Positions 20,172-30,654 of a stretch of DNA of 64,000 nt are shown piece after piece; the first letter of the stretch is position 1, and the number at the start of each line of letters is the position of its first letter. Made by a program: the position numbers and the translations under genes. Origin of the DNA: Promethearchaeota archaeon (GTDB lineage: Archaea > Asgardarchaeota > Lokiarchaeia > Sigyniarchaeales > SOKP01). Location of the stretch: positions 224,001-288,000 of the forward strand of contig JAUVNS010000005.1 of the NCBI GenBank assembly GCA_030599585.1, given 5' to 3'. The notes beneath the pieces were generated by a model that saw only the letters and a list, made by a program, of their open reading frames with translations, was not told the origin of the DNA and searched no databases.

Positions 20172-21674
20172 ATGAAAAATATGACAAAAGTTCAAGAATT
20201 AGAAATAAAAAATAAATACACTGGTGAAATTATAGGAATTGTTCCTGCTGACACACCAGAGACGGTTCATGAAAAAATAAAAAAAGTTCACAAAAATCAA
20301 CATTTATTAAGAGAAATGGATTTCTTTGAACGAGCTCAACTTCTTGCGAAATTATCTACTAAATTACGCTTTAAAAAAGCCCAATTAAAGGATTTGGTCG
20401 TTGCAGAAGGAGGTTTACCGATCAAATATTCTGAATGGGAACTAGGTATAGTAATGACTGGTTTCAAATTTTGCGATTGGTATTATCAGTTTATAGAAGA
20501 CAAACCACTAACTAGTATTGAAGGCGAACAAAATGCAACAATAAAATATATTCCACATGGATTATCTGCTTGTATATCTCCTCGTAACACGCCTATAAGC
20601 CTTCCCCTTTACCAAATGGGTGCAAATTATTTAGTCGGAAATGGTGCGATTGTTAAACCATCTACCGCATGTCCCTTAACCATGTTAGAAGCCTATTCCA
20701 CCATGAAGGATATGGATTTTCCGGGGTTAGATGCATTAGATTTAGTTATAGCTCCTGGAGAATGGGCTGTAGACGAATTTCTTAAATCTCATTTAATCAA
20801 GATTATTATGACGGTTACCTCTTCACACACTGCAAAAGATATTCTTGTGAGATATGGGAGGTTGCTGAAAAAAACTGCAGATAGATCAATGGGTGTCGCA
20901 ATGTATACTCAACCTTTCAAACAATTTTTCTTTGAGTGCGCAGGAAATGATGCTGGAATAGTAATGGATGATGTAAATTTAGAACATGTAGCTAAATGGA
21001 ACGCTATGGCAAGTTACACCAATTCAGGTCAACAATGTTTCTCAATGAAGCGAATTATAGTCCACCAAGATATATATGACGAATACACCGAATGTCTAAT
21101 AAAAGAAATAGAAAAATTAAAATATGGAGATCCCACAGATCCCACCGTTGATATTGGACCGTTAGGAAGTCGACGTATACTAATGATGATGGAAGTGATG
21201 GTGGCTGATGCGAAAGAATATGGCGTAAAAATATATACTGGTGGTGAAAAAATTGATACAGGAGAAGACTACGGATTATTTTATACTCCGACTCTGGTTG
21301 AAATTAAACCAGAACTGTGCGAAGATTTATCTAAGGCTCCTTTTTTGTGGAGAGAAGAGGCTTTTGGACCGGTTCGTTCTATAACTAAAGCCAAAGATAT
21401 GAAAGATGCTATTAGGTTAGCAAATGCAAGTAATTATGGTATGCGAGCAGTGGTTTACACTTCTGATTTGAACAATATCGAGGTTTTTAAGAATCAATTA
21501 GAAGCTGCAAATATCTATATTAATGCAAGACCTATGCTTGTTGATATTACAGTTTCCCTAGGTGGAATTAAAGATTCTGCTTATCCTGCAGGTTGTAAAT
21601 ATTATCCTCAAGAGTTAGTTTATGGAAAATATATTTACGATGGTACTCAGCTGAATTTAGAAAAAATTAAATAG
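20172..21674 (+). CDS. aldehyde dehydrogenase, divergent
   Basis: VKPS, catalytic Glu (FECAGND), catalytic Cys (NSGQQCFS), EEAFGP, ANASNYG. Confidence 0.9.
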   Translation: MKNMTKVQELEIKNKYTGEIIGIVPADTPETVHEKIKKVHKNQHLLREMDFFERAQLLAKLSTKLRFKKAQLKDLVVAEGGLPIKYSEWELGIVMTGFKFCDWYYQFIEDKPLTSIEGEQNATIKYIPHGLSACISPRNTPISLPLYQMGANYLVGNGAIVKPSTACPLTMLEAYSTMKDMDFPGLDALDLVIAPGEWAVDEFLKSHLIKIIMTVTSSHTAKDILVRYGRLLKKTADRSMGVAMYTQPFKQFFFECAGNDAGIVMDDVNLEHVAKWNAMASYTNSGQQCFSMKRIIVHQDIYDEYTECLIKEIEKLKYGDPTDPTVDIGPLGSRRILMMMEVMVADAKEYGVKIYTGGEKIDTGEDYGLFYTPTLVEIKPELCEDLSKAPFLWREEAFGPVRSITKAKDMKDAIRLANASNYGMRAVVYTSDLNNIEVFKNQLEAANIYINARPMLVDITVSLGGIKDSAYPAGCKYYPQELVYGKYIYDGTQLNLEKIK

Positions 21675-21686
21675 ATAACATGCACA

Positions 21687-22094
21687 ATGGAACCCGATAA
21701 ATTATATACAAAATTAAAAGAATTCTTTCCAATTCAATTAGATTTAATGAGACATTTACATGTAAACGCATGTTGGGAATATAGTATCACTGAACAATCC
21801 ACTAATGATGCGAATATCAAACTAAACTTCTTTTTATTTAAAAAAAGCGAAAAATCGCTGGAGATGACAAAAACCCAGCCTAATATTAAACCAGATTTAA
21901 TCTTGTATTTTACAGAAAAAGCTATTTTAAATATGATTGAAGGAACATCTAATGCTGAAGAATATTATGAGCGTTATCATAACATTATGGACCATCCTCA
22001 ACCTGGAATTGAATTGGATAGTAAAGTAAATAAACCTAGATTAAAGCTTTGGCAAATTGGGTATAAGCACTGGCAAAAAGATTTTAAATTTTAA
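21687..22094 (+). CDS. hypothetical protein, possible SCP2-like fold
   Basis: KPDLILYFTEKAILNMI...KLWQIGY, resembling 19645..20124. Confidence 0.5.
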   Translation: MEPDKLYTKLKEFFPIQLDLMRHLHVNACWEYSITEQSTNDANIKLNFFLFKKSEKSLEMTKTQPNIKPDLILYFTEKAILNMIEGTSNAEEYYERYHNIMDHPQPGIELDSKVNKPRLKLWQIGYKHWQKDFKF

Positions 22095-22764
22095 TTCTGA
22101 GATTTTTCTTTTTTATAGAAATAACTATTGTGGCAATAATCGCCAATATTGTAAAACCGATAAAAGTTATGCCAAAAGGAATAATCCGAAATTTCCCTTC
22201 ACTTCTTACAATTATCTGATCATCCTCATCGTAATAAGTCTCTTCGATAATAATTCCTCTTGGATCAAATTCCTTTTGCCAAGTATAATCAAATCCCTGG
22301 TCGCTCTTACCCTGTTTGAATATTGACAAGCCAATTCTAGAATACTCAGAAGTCAGAGTTGCTATAACTTGTTCTAAATAATCTTCTACTGGTGTAAGAC
22401 TGAAAATGTAATCTTGCCAATTTTCGGGATAATTTCCGATTAAGGTTAGTTGTGTTTCGCCACTCAATCCCCAATCAGTCTTATAATCCCAAAATTCTAC
22501 TGTTATAATCCAAGTTGATGAAGATGGTTTGATTTCTCTTATAATCCTTCTAATTTGATCTCCTACTTCAAAATTAGGATCAATTCCGAAAATCCTTCTA
22601 AAACTTTCTAAGTCTAGTTCTGTAATCTCCCAAATTAATTCGGTTCCTTCGGTAAAACCAATATCATGCTCTGGAACTGCTTTACCAATTGAACTGAAAC
22701 TGGAACTGAATATAACGATATTTAAAATTCCTATTAAACAAATTATTTTTAATTTTTGATTCAC
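22084..22764 (-). CDS. exported protein with C-terminal sorting/anchor helix
   Basis: Signal peptide; C-terminal IPFG-TM-KKK resembling the Loki-CTERM sorting motif. Confidence 0.65.
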   Translation of the reverse strand: MNQKLKIICLIGILNIVIFSSSFSSIGKAVPEHDIGFTEGTELIWEITELDLESFRRIFGIDPNFEVGDQIRRIIREIKPSSSTWIITVEFWDYKTDWGLSGETQLTLIGNYPENWQDYIFSLTPVEDYLEQVIATLTSEYSRIGLSIFKQGKSDQGFDYTWQKEFDPRGIIIEETYYDEDDQIIVRSEGKFRIIPFGITFIGFTILAIIATIVISIKKKNLRIKI

Positions 22765-22974
22765 TTTCTCATCAATATTCGGTTTTAGGTTCTACCAAAG
22801 TTTCTTTAATAGAATATCTTCGTTAGTAAATTACAGAATAATAATTTTTTTAAACTTAAAAATTTGATTTTGGAAATCTACAATTATTTTAACTTAATTA
22901 AAGAAATTAATTTATATTAGATACTTCAAATAATCATTAATATATCAAAATTAATTCTACTGAGGTAAAATACT

Positions 22975-24405
22975 ATGAATAAAGAAGATATCTGCTTTAT
23001 GTCGGCTTATGAGATGCGAGAAAAAATCAAAACACAAGAACTATCTTCAATTGAAATTACTGAAACATTAATTGAACGAATAGAAAAAATCAACCCAATT
23101 ATAAATGCTTATTGTACTCCTACTTTTGATTCGGCAAGAGAATCTGCTGAAAAAGCAGATAACGCAGTTAAAAGAAACGAAGGAATTGGATTATTACATG
23201 GAATTCCAACTTCAATTAAAGATCTAATGCTAACTAAAGGAATCAAAACTACATTTGGCTCTAAGTTGTATGAAGATTTTATCCCTGAACAAGACGAAGT
23301 CGCTGTTCAAAGATTAATTTCGTCTGGTTGCGTCATGCTTGGTAAGACAAACACACCTGAATTTGGTTCTATCGCTCTTACAAATAACAAGCTTTTTGGA
23401 GAAACAAAAAATCCATGGGATATAGAACGAAATTCTGGAGGTTCTAGTGGAGGTGCTGCCTCGGCCGTTGCAAGTGGTATAGGCCCATTAGCTTTAGGAT
23501 CTGATGGTGGTGGATCAATAAGAGTCCCCAGTAGTTGTTGTGGTGTTTACGGTTTAAAACCAACTTTTGGACGTATTCCTAGTTATCCTCGCATTGGTAT
23601 CCATTTTATATCAATGGATCATTACGGTCCAATTGTACGCTATGTAAAGGACGCCGCTCTTATGCTAAATACTCTAAAAGGTCACCATCCAGGGGATTTT
23701 AATTCTTTTCCCGACGATGACATCGATTATGTTAAGGTGATTGATGATAAACCAAAAAAATTAAAAATCGGTTATTCAATGACTTTGGGTTTTTGGAAAG
23801 CACTAGACGAAGAAGTTAAAGAGAATGTACTTAATGGAGTTAAAAAGTTTGAACAATTTGATTGGGAGGTAGAAGAAGCAGAGTTAAAAATAAAAAATCC
23901 CGATTCTTCATTTAAAACATTGGTCAGTATTGGTTATGCCTACGATTTACAGAAAGATTATAACAATAGATTTGAAGACCTTAGCCCTGATTTAATTGGT
24001 TCAATAAGATTAGGTTTAGATAATACTGCAATGAATATCGGAAAGGCTAGAGAACGAAGAAAACTTGTTTACGAAATTATGTATCAATATTTTAAGAAAT
24101 ACGATGTGTTAATTACTCCGACATTGCCATGTCCTGCTATAAAACCTGGATGGTCAGAAACTGGAACAGTATTTCCCACAATTGGGAAAAAAGCGTTAAA
24201 TATTACAAGTTGGATGACATATACATACCCATTTAATATGACAGGCTTACCTGCTGCATCTATTCCATCTGGTTGGACTAAATCTGGTTTACCAATTGGA
24301 ATGCAAATTATTGGGAAGCGGTATGACGAAAAAACAGTGCTCCAAGTCTCTAAAGCCTTCGAAGAAGTCTCACCGTGGCAAGATAAACGCCCAATATTTA
24401 ACTAA
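22975..24405 (+). CDS. amidase signature family protein
   Basis: GKTNTPEFG, GGSSGGAASAV, GSDGGGSIRVP. Confidence 0.93.
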   Translation: MNKEDICFMSAYEMREKIKTQELSSIEITETLIERIEKINPIINAYCTPTFDSARESAEKADNAVKRNEGIGLLHGIPTSIKDLMLTKGIKTTFGSKLYEDFIPEQDEVAVQRLISSGCVMLGKTNTPEFGSIALTNNKLFGETKNPWDIERNSGGSSGGAASAVASGIGPLALGSDGGGSIRVPSSCCGVYGLKPTFGRIPSYPRIGIHFISMDHYGPIVRYVKDAALMLNTLKGHHPGDFNSFPDDDIDYVKVIDDKPKKLKIGYSMTLGFWKALDEEVKENVLNGVKKFEQFDWEVEEAELKIKNPDSSFKTLVSIGYAYDLQKDYNNRFEDLSPDLIGSIRLGLDNTAMNIGKARERRKLVYEIMYQYFKKYDVLITPTLPCPAIKPGWSETGTVFPTIGKKALNITSWMTYTYPFNMTGLPAASIPSGWTKSGLPIGMQIIGKRYDEKTVLQVSKAFEEVSPWQDKRPIFN

Positions 24406-24445
24406 TATCTTTTTTTTTTGTAAAATGAGATTTTTTATTTAAAAT

Positions 24446-25534
24446 TTAAAAAGATTTTATTTTCGAAGTTGTAATATAAGAAGAATCTCCAATTGTTATA
24501 TTTTTCTTTATGAGGTCCTCCAATATCGAGAAATCTCCAATGATGCTGTTAGACGAAATGATTCTTCTTAGGAATACTCCATCTCCGATTACAGATTCGG
24601 AGAGGATACATTTTTCGAGATGTAAATTATCTCCTATAGAAACATTAGGACCTATTACTGAATTTTTAATGCTCACATTTTTCCCTATGAAAACCGGAGG
24701 AACAATTTTAGAGTCTAATATATTTCCCATTTGGAATTTTGATTCAAATAAAGGATCATTTAATTTCGTTTCAGATAACAAGTATCGATTTCCTTCAAGT
24801 AATGTTTCTGGTCTTCCGAAATCCAATATTTCGCTCTGCATTATATTCCCCTTAAAAACAATCCCTTCCCTAATAAGTTGTTCTATTATTGGAGTAAAAA
24901 GATGCTCTTTCCCATTCTCGAGCTCAACCTTGCTTTGTTCATCTAAAAGCTCAAACAATCTATTCACTATTTTTTTTCCAAAAAGATAAGCTCCTGAAAC
25001 AGCATAATCAGAGATAAACTCTTGTGGTTTTTCCACTATCTTTTTTATTCTTTCATCGTCATCTACTACCGTAACTCCATAAAACTTAGGATTATCAACT
25101 TTTTTAATATTTATTACCCCGTCGCATTCTCCTTGGTGGTAGGTTAATAGAATTGAAGAATAGTCTTCCATTGGAAGCCTATCGCTAAGAAAAATGAAAA
25201 AATCGTCATTATTAACAAATTTTTTTGCTAATAAAATGGCATCTCCAAGACCGCTAAAAAATGGCGTATCTGCTAAATAGCCAAGTGGTTTCTGTTCGAT
25301 AAATTCAATGTTAAAGTAATCAGAAAAATGTTCGGTAATATATTCTGTTATTTGTCGTTTTTTATAGCCCACAATGAAGGCAATTTCCGTATTTTTTGGG
25401 AATGTTCTTTTTAGCTTAATTAATATATGGTCAATGAGCCTTTTTCCTGCAATTTTAAGGAATGCTTTAGGTTTTGAATATGTAAATGGTTGAAGTCTTT
25501 TTCCTACACCCGCGATTGGACAAACTAATTTCAA
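24446..25534 (-). CDS. sugar-1-phosphate nucleotidyltransferase with hexapeptide (LbH) tail
   Basis: IAGVGKRLQPFTYSKPK, VEKP, DFGRPETLLEGN, IGPNVSIG repeats. Confidence 0.88.
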   Translation of the reverse strand: MKLVCPIAGVGKRLQPFTYSKPKAFLKIAGKRLIDHILIKLKRTFPKNTEIAFIVGYKKRQITEYITEHFSDYFNIEFIEQKPLGYLADTPFFSGLGDAILLAKKFVNNDDFFIFLSDRLPMEDYSSILLTYHQGECDGVINIKKVDNPKFYGVTVVDDDERIKKIVEKPQEFISDYAVSGAYLFGKKIVNRLFELLDEQSKVELENGKEHLFTPIIEQLIREGIVFKGNIMQSEILDFGRPETLLEGNRYLLSETKLNDPLFESKFQMGNILDSKIVPPVFIGKNVSIKNSVIGPNVSIGDNLHLEKCILSESVIGDGVFLRRIISSNSIIGDFSILEDLIKKNITIGDSSYITTSKIKSF

Positions 25535-25540
25535 ATATAA

Positions 25541-26071
25541 TCAACTCTCTAATATGTCTCTTAAGATATTGTAATATTCTGCGTCTTTTAATTTTTCTTT
25601 AATGATATTTTTTAGCTTTCGTAAATAATAATTATCTGAGTTAGTTCGCTTTAAACCTTTCAACTTTTTATTCAATGCAATCCGCGTCTTTTCATCTAAA
25701 AATTTGACTGGTATGGATTTATAGCTATTAATCAAGTTCTCTTCTCCATTAGTAAACCTTGCTCTATTCTGGAAATTTATGCTTATATCAACCATGGAGT
25801 ATAGGTTCTCTATCCAAGCTTGAACTCTTTCAACGTCTCCTTTTATATATGATCGATTATCTAACCAATCTTTAAACTCTAAAACTTTAGTTAAAAAATC
25901 CTTTCTACTTTCGTCATAACTACTAGTAATTTTGTCTTTTTTTACTAATTCGCGGATTTTTTGCTTGCTTAGATCATTTTTTTCTTCATTTGATAAACTG
26001 CTATAAATTTCATTTCTTCTTTTTTTGTTTTCTTTGGTTTCCTCATCATCCAACCACTTATCCATTGACAT
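25541..26071 (-). CDS. hypothetical helical protein
   Basis: Charged ORF; ATG 26071 preferred. Confidence 0.65.
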   Translation of the reverse strand: MSMDKWLDDEETKENKKRRNEIYSSLSNEEKNDLSKQKIRELVKKDKITSSYDESRKDFLTKVLEFKDWLDNRSYIKGDVERVQAWIENLYSMVDISINFQNRARFTNGEENLINSYKSIPVKFLDEKTRIALNKKLKGLKRTNSDNYYLRKLKNIIKEKLKDAEYYNILRDILES

Positions 26072-26200
26072 AATCTTAATAAAAATAATAATTTCGTTCA
26101 ATCTTTTATATATCTATTAAATTATTAATATAAGGTAAATTTATCATTAAAATCTTAGAGAGATAGCTTAATATTCCTTCAAGTAATTTATTTATCTAGA

Positions 26201-26980
26201 ATGAATGTAAGAGGTATTATATTTGACTTTGGTTTTACACTATTTTCTTTTGAGAACCCCTCAGTTGAGAAATATTTTGATTGTTTCAATAGAGGAATGT
26301 CAAAATCTATTAAAGTCCTCAAACAAGAGAAAATAATAGAAGATAACGACCAAATTCTGGAAGATTTCATGACAATTTTCAACAAAAAGAGAGCTACATA
26401 TTTTAAATTAGCAATGAAAACAAAAGAAGAATTCCCAACTACTCTATTGTTTAAGACGGCATTAGCTATGTTAAAAGAAAAAGGATATGAAATTCAAGAA
26501 GAGAAAATAAAAGAAAAATTCTTAGAAAAACTTGCTGAGCTGTATCATTCCTGTGAAGAAGAAGAATGGAAACCCGATGATATGACGAGATTTACTTTAG
26601 AAACTTTATCAAAAATATCAAACTTAAAAATTGGGCTAATATCCAATCATCCTAATCATAAAACTATAAAAAATATGCTTAAAAATAACAAAATGAAGGA
26701 ATTTTTTGATGCTATTGTGACTTCTGCTAAATTTGGCAAAAGAAAGCCTATTTCAGACATATTTTTTCATACATTAAAAAGAATGGGATTAACGAAAAAC
26801 GACGCAGAATATTGTATAATGGTGGGTGATGAAGCTGCTGATATCATCGGCGCTAATAGGATAGGCATGCAAATTATCTTAAAAGAACGAGAGTATGAAT
26901 TTCCCTACGAAAAAGAAATTAATATACCTAATTTAATAAGAATCAAGTCAATAGACGAAGTTTTACAGTATTTAAATTAG
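26201..26980 (+). CDS. HAD-superfamily hydrolase
   Basis: IFDFGFTL, ISN, KRKP, MVGDE..DIIGA. Confidence 0.85.
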   Translation: MNVRGIIFDFGFTLFSFENPSVEKYFDCFNRGMSKSIKVLKQEKIIEDNDQILEDFMTIFNKKRATYFKLAMKTKEEFPTTLLFKTALAMLKEKGYEIQEEKIKEKFLEKLAELYHSCEEEEWKPDDMTRFTLETLSKISNLKIGLISNHPNHKTIKNMLKNNKMKEFFDAIVTSAKFGKRKPISDIFFHTLKRMGLTKNDAEYCIMVGDEAADIIGANRIGMQIILKEREYEFPYEKEINIPNLIRIKSIDEVLQYLN

Positions 26981-26988
26981 AGTTGAAG

Positions 26989-27091
26989 TAGCCCAGAGGG
27001 GAAATGTTCCTTCTAAAAGAAGTTTTAAGAAGATTGAACCCCTGATCACTTGCTTCGCAGGCAAGCGTCTTATCCACTCGACTACTGGGCT
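26989..27091 (-). tRNA. tRNA-Arg(GCG) with 30-nt intron at 58/59 (T-loop), intron 27004-27033
   Basis: Acceptor AGCCCAG/CTGGGCT; anticodon arm CTTGC-CTGCGAA-GCAAG; A20; T-stem AGGGG/CCCCT; BHB with central helix GTTC/GAAC and 3-nt bulges AAT and ATT. Confidence 0.92.
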
Positions 27092-27210
27092 AAATTTTCG
27101 TTAATAATTGTTACAATACTTTAAAGTTAAAATACTTTATTTCTCTATTAAATACTAGAGAGACGTATAATCGATTATTTCAAACGAAGAATGAATCTAA
27201 CTAATATTAG

Positions 27211-27507
27211 TTACCTAGGATAGTCAGGTCTACTAGAAACTAATGTTGTAGTTTCCTCGATCCAGCTAGATAAATCATCATCAACTCGAATATAAGCGAC
27301 GATTTTATCCAGTTCTTGAAGTTTAGTAAAATTACATTCTGCTACTAAATCCCATCCGCCATAAACAGGAGTTGTGTAAGTCACCGCCCAATCTTCATCT
27401 GGATTATTCGATCTTAAATTTGTTAACCTTTTTACAACTTCCCATTCAGTTCCAATTACTTTTAGTCTAATGAGTATGTATCCGCGATAGTAGATCTTAA
27501 ACACCAC
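27211..27507 (-). CDS. stand-alone Lrp/AsnC ligand-binding (RAM)-like domain protein
   Basis: VYGGWDLVAE...IEETTTLV; GTG start. Confidence 0.7.
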   Translation of the reverse strand: MVFKIYYRGYILIRLKVIGTEWEVVKRLTNLRSNNPDEDWAVTYTTPVYGGWDLVAECNFTKLQELDKIVAYIRVDDDLSSWIEETTTLVSSRPDYPR

Positions 27508-27657
27508 AATTTTATTTTTAATTACAAACGCTACAATGATTTTATGCTAATATTCACCTTAATAATGATATATTTTTTTTGATAAGGTTTATTATTAATA
27601 CTCAAATAGCTTATAATTTTATACATTCATATAATGATCTTCAAAGGGGTTTAAACA

Positions 27658-29436
27658 GTGGAAAATTCAGAAATAAAGCGATTGTTATGGATTTTTAGCC
27701 TTGAAAATTCAGTGAAATTTGGAGGCATACCAAATATAAAAGCCATACTTGGAAAACTTATAAGTCAAAACCATGAGCTCAGATCTAAAATACAAGAAAT
27801 AAAACATATTCTAGATGAGATCGTTTTAGAAATCTCTAAATTTACTCTTCAAGAACAAAAAGCGAAATTACTAGAGTTAAAACCCGATGCTTTAGAGAAA
27901 AAAGAATCGAAGAAAGAAAAGAAAACACTACCAGAACTACCTAACGCTCAAAATTATGATAAAATAGTGATGCGTTTAGCACCATACCCAAGTGGGGCTT
28001 TACATATTGGAAATGCACGAATGGTAGTCTTAAACAGCGAATATATCAAAAAATACAAAGGAGATCTAATACTTTTCTTTGATGACACGATTGGAAGCCC
28101 AAAATCATTAAGAAATACCCCTAAGGCTAAATATGTGCTCCCAGAAGCCTATGGGTTAATAGAGGATGGGTTAAAGTGGTTAGATATTCCTTATTCAAAA
28201 GTTTATTATAAAAGTAATCGGCTTGAAATTTATTACGAATACTGCGAAAAACTTATTCAGGATGATATGGCATATGTATGTTTTTGCACCGCCGCTGATT
28301 TTAAAAATAAGTATAAAGATCGTAAACTAGATTGTCCACATAGAAATCAAATCTTATCCTTTAACTTAAAAGAATGGGAGAATATGTTAAATGGGAAATA
28401 TCACGAAATGGAAGTTGTTGTAAGGTTGAAAACTGGGATGAAGTATAAGGATCCCGCAATAAGAGATCAAATTATAATGAGAATCTCCGAAGCTGAACAC
28501 CCACGAGTAGGTACTAAATATCTGGTTTGGCCGATGTTGGAGTTTTCTTGGGCAATTGATGATTATCTTATTGGTGTTTCTCACATACTTAGAGGATCTG
28601 ATTTAATTAAAGAGGATATAATAGAAGCTTTTATATGGAATCATTTCGGATGGAAAAAAGCAGAGTTTATTCATTATGGACGTTTGAATTTTTCGGGTTT
28701 GAGTAAAAACGAAGAAAATCTATTAAGCAAAACTAAAGCTCGAAACAATATAACAAATGGCACTTATAGAGGGTGGGATGATCCTCGTACCTGGAGCCTC
28801 CAATCGTTAAAACTGAGAGGGATTGAACCAAAAGCTTTAAAAGACTCTCTGTTAGATCTAGGATTATCTATTAATGCTATTAATTTTTCGGTAAACTGGT
28901 TATATTCAAAGAATAAAGATATCATTGACGAACATTCAAATAGATATTTCTTTGTAGAACAACCAGCGATTATTGAAATCAGCGATGTTCCATTTTCAAA
29001 CTTTGTAGCTGAGCCTATGGTTCAACCAACCGATCCACAAAAAGGAAGGAGAAAAATTAATGTTGATGTGGTAGATAATAAATTGTTGATTCTAATATCT
29101 CAAGCAGATCTGGTTAAACTCAATACCGATCAAATAATTCGCTTAAAAGATCTTATAAACATAAAAATAACTTCTATAAGGGTAAATGATAGTAAAATTC
29201 AAGCTCGTTTCCATAGCTCTGATTTAAATAGGGATTACAGTATAATACATTGGGTACCCAAAAAAGAAAATATAAAAGTTTCGGTCATAAAACCCGATGG
29301 AACAGTGTCTATGGGAAACGGAGAGAAAAGTCTTCAAAATGTACCTTTAAATAAGCCTATACAGTTCGAAAGATATGGATTTGTAAATCCTATTAAGTGG
29401 GAAAATCATACATTAGTTTGCTACTTTACACATTAA
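27658..29436 (+). CDS. gltX: glutamyl-tRNA synthetase (archaeal type)
   Basis: RLAPYPSGALHIGNAR, YVCFC, SHILRG, GWDDPR, QFERYGF. Confidence 0.95.
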   Translation: MENSEIKRLLWIFSLENSVKFGGIPNIKAILGKLISQNHELRSKIQEIKHILDEIVLEISKFTLQEQKAKLLELKPDALEKKESKKEKKTLPELPNAQNYDKIVMRLAPYPSGALHIGNARMVVLNSEYIKKYKGDLILFFDDTIGSPKSLRNTPKAKYVLPEAYGLIEDGLKWLDIPYSKVYYKSNRLEIYYEYCEKLIQDDMAYVCFCTAADFKNKYKDRKLDCPHRNQILSFNLKEWENMLNGKYHEMEVVVRLKTGMKYKDPAIRDQIIMRISEAEHPRVGTKYLVWPMLEFSWAIDDYLIGVSHILRGSDLIKEDIIEAFIWNHFGWKKAEFIHYGRLNFSGLSKNEENLLSKTKARNNITNGTYRGWDDPRTWSLQSLKLRGIEPKALKDSLLDLGLSINAINFSVNWLYSKNKDIIDEHSNRYFFVEQPAIIEISDVPFSNFVAEPMVQPTDPQKGRRKINVDVVDNKLLILISQADLVKLNTDQIIRLKDLINIKITSIRVNDSKIQARFHSSDLNRDYSIIHWVPKKENIKVSVIKPDGTVSMGNGEKSLQNVPLNKPIQFERYGFVNPIKWENHTLVCYFTH

Positions 29437-29532
29437 AAAGACAATAACATTTTATAACGCGTTATCCTTTTAAGCCAGAAATAATAATAAAACTAAAACA
29501 AGTATTTGATGAAATCTTAATTTGTTGTAAGA

Positions 29533-30636
29533 ATGAATGAGAATAATAAAATAGACAATTCGAACGAAATCAAGCTAAGATGGTCGTTTTGTCCAATATG
29601 TGGGACTAAAATCCCTGAAGTGAATAATATTAAATTTTGCACCAAATGCGGTGTGGATTTAATCTACATCAACACCCATATGAGGATGCCCTCTCGTAAA
29701 AACATAATACCAATAACTTCTCAGAGTTCGACTACTTATAAACCTTACAATTTCAGACCTTCTAGGCCTCTAAGAAAGAAACTTTCACAAGAAGATCTCT
29801 TGAATCTAAAAGAAGAGAAGTTATGGAGTAGTTTCGCTTCTATTGGTATGACAGCAGCGGCTTTTCTCTTAATGAACTTCCTAATAATATTAGCAGTTAT
29901 CGTATTTGTATTTTTTTCATTTAACTTAGCTGCTATATATGATATCTTAACCAATCCATATTTCATTATCTTTAGTTCCCTTATCGAATTAATCTTGTTT
30001 ATTGTTCCAATGTTATATATTGGTAAGTTCCTAAAAAAACCAAATTTAAATAATAGATTATTCCTCTTAGGATTTACTCGTAGGGATTTTAGCAATAAAA
30101 GAATTATGAAAGAAATTTTTATAGGTATAGGTTTTGCGATTCTTGGAGTAATTTTAGTTTTAGGAGTGTCATTTTTAATGGAGGTTATATTAACTGTCAT
30201 TTTTGGATACGAACTAGTATATGATATTCTTGGGACTTCTGGTGAAGTAGATGTTCTCATTACATCTTCTGATATCTTCAGTATCATTTGGTTAGTCATT
30301 ATAATGATATTAATAATAGGAACATCAGAGGAAGTGCTTTTCAGAGGATTTTTACAAAAAGGACTCGTACGCAGTCTAGGTAAAAATTGGGGAATTTTAA
30401 TTACAGCATTAATATTTTCTTCAATTCACTTAATAGGAATATTCTTATTTCCAGAATCATTGACTATCTTCTTAGTATCATTGCTCCTTAACTTTTTTCC
30501 ATTTTTCGCGATTTCAATTTTGCTTGGATTACTATATCACTGGAGGAAAGAAAATTTAATTGCTGTTATGATAACCCACGGCGTTTATAATGCGTTAACG
30601 GTCATTATTGCATTTTTAGTATTCAGTTCACTTTAA
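29533..30636 (+). CDS. CPBP/Abi (type II CAAX) intramembrane protease with N-terminal zinc ribbon
   Basis: FCPICG...FCTKCG; EEVLFRG, FSSIH, HGVYN. Confidence 0.9.
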   Translation: MNENNKIDNSNEIKLRWSFCPICGTKIPEVNNIKFCTKCGVDLIYINTHMRMPSRKNIIPITSQSSTTYKPYNFRPSRPLRKKLSQEDLLNLKEEKLWSSFASIGMTAAAFLLMNFLIILAVIVFVFFSFNLAAIYDILTNPYFIIFSSLIELILFIVPMLYIGKFLKKPNLNNRLFLLGFTRRDFSNKRIMKEIFIGIGFAILGVILVLGVSFLMEVILTVIFGYELVYDILGTSGEVDVLITSSDIFSIIWLVIIMILIIGTSEEVLFRGFLQKGLVRSLGKNWGILITALIFSSIHLIGIFLFPESLTIFLVSLLLNFFPFFAISILLGLLYHWRKENLIAVMITHGVYNALTVIIAFLVFSSL

Positions 30637-30654
30637 CAAAAACCAAAAATTTTG

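Noticed and set aside
22975-24405. Calling the amidase gatA
   Set aside because: No gatB/gatC nearby, and GSDGGGSIR with TPEFG fits general amidases better
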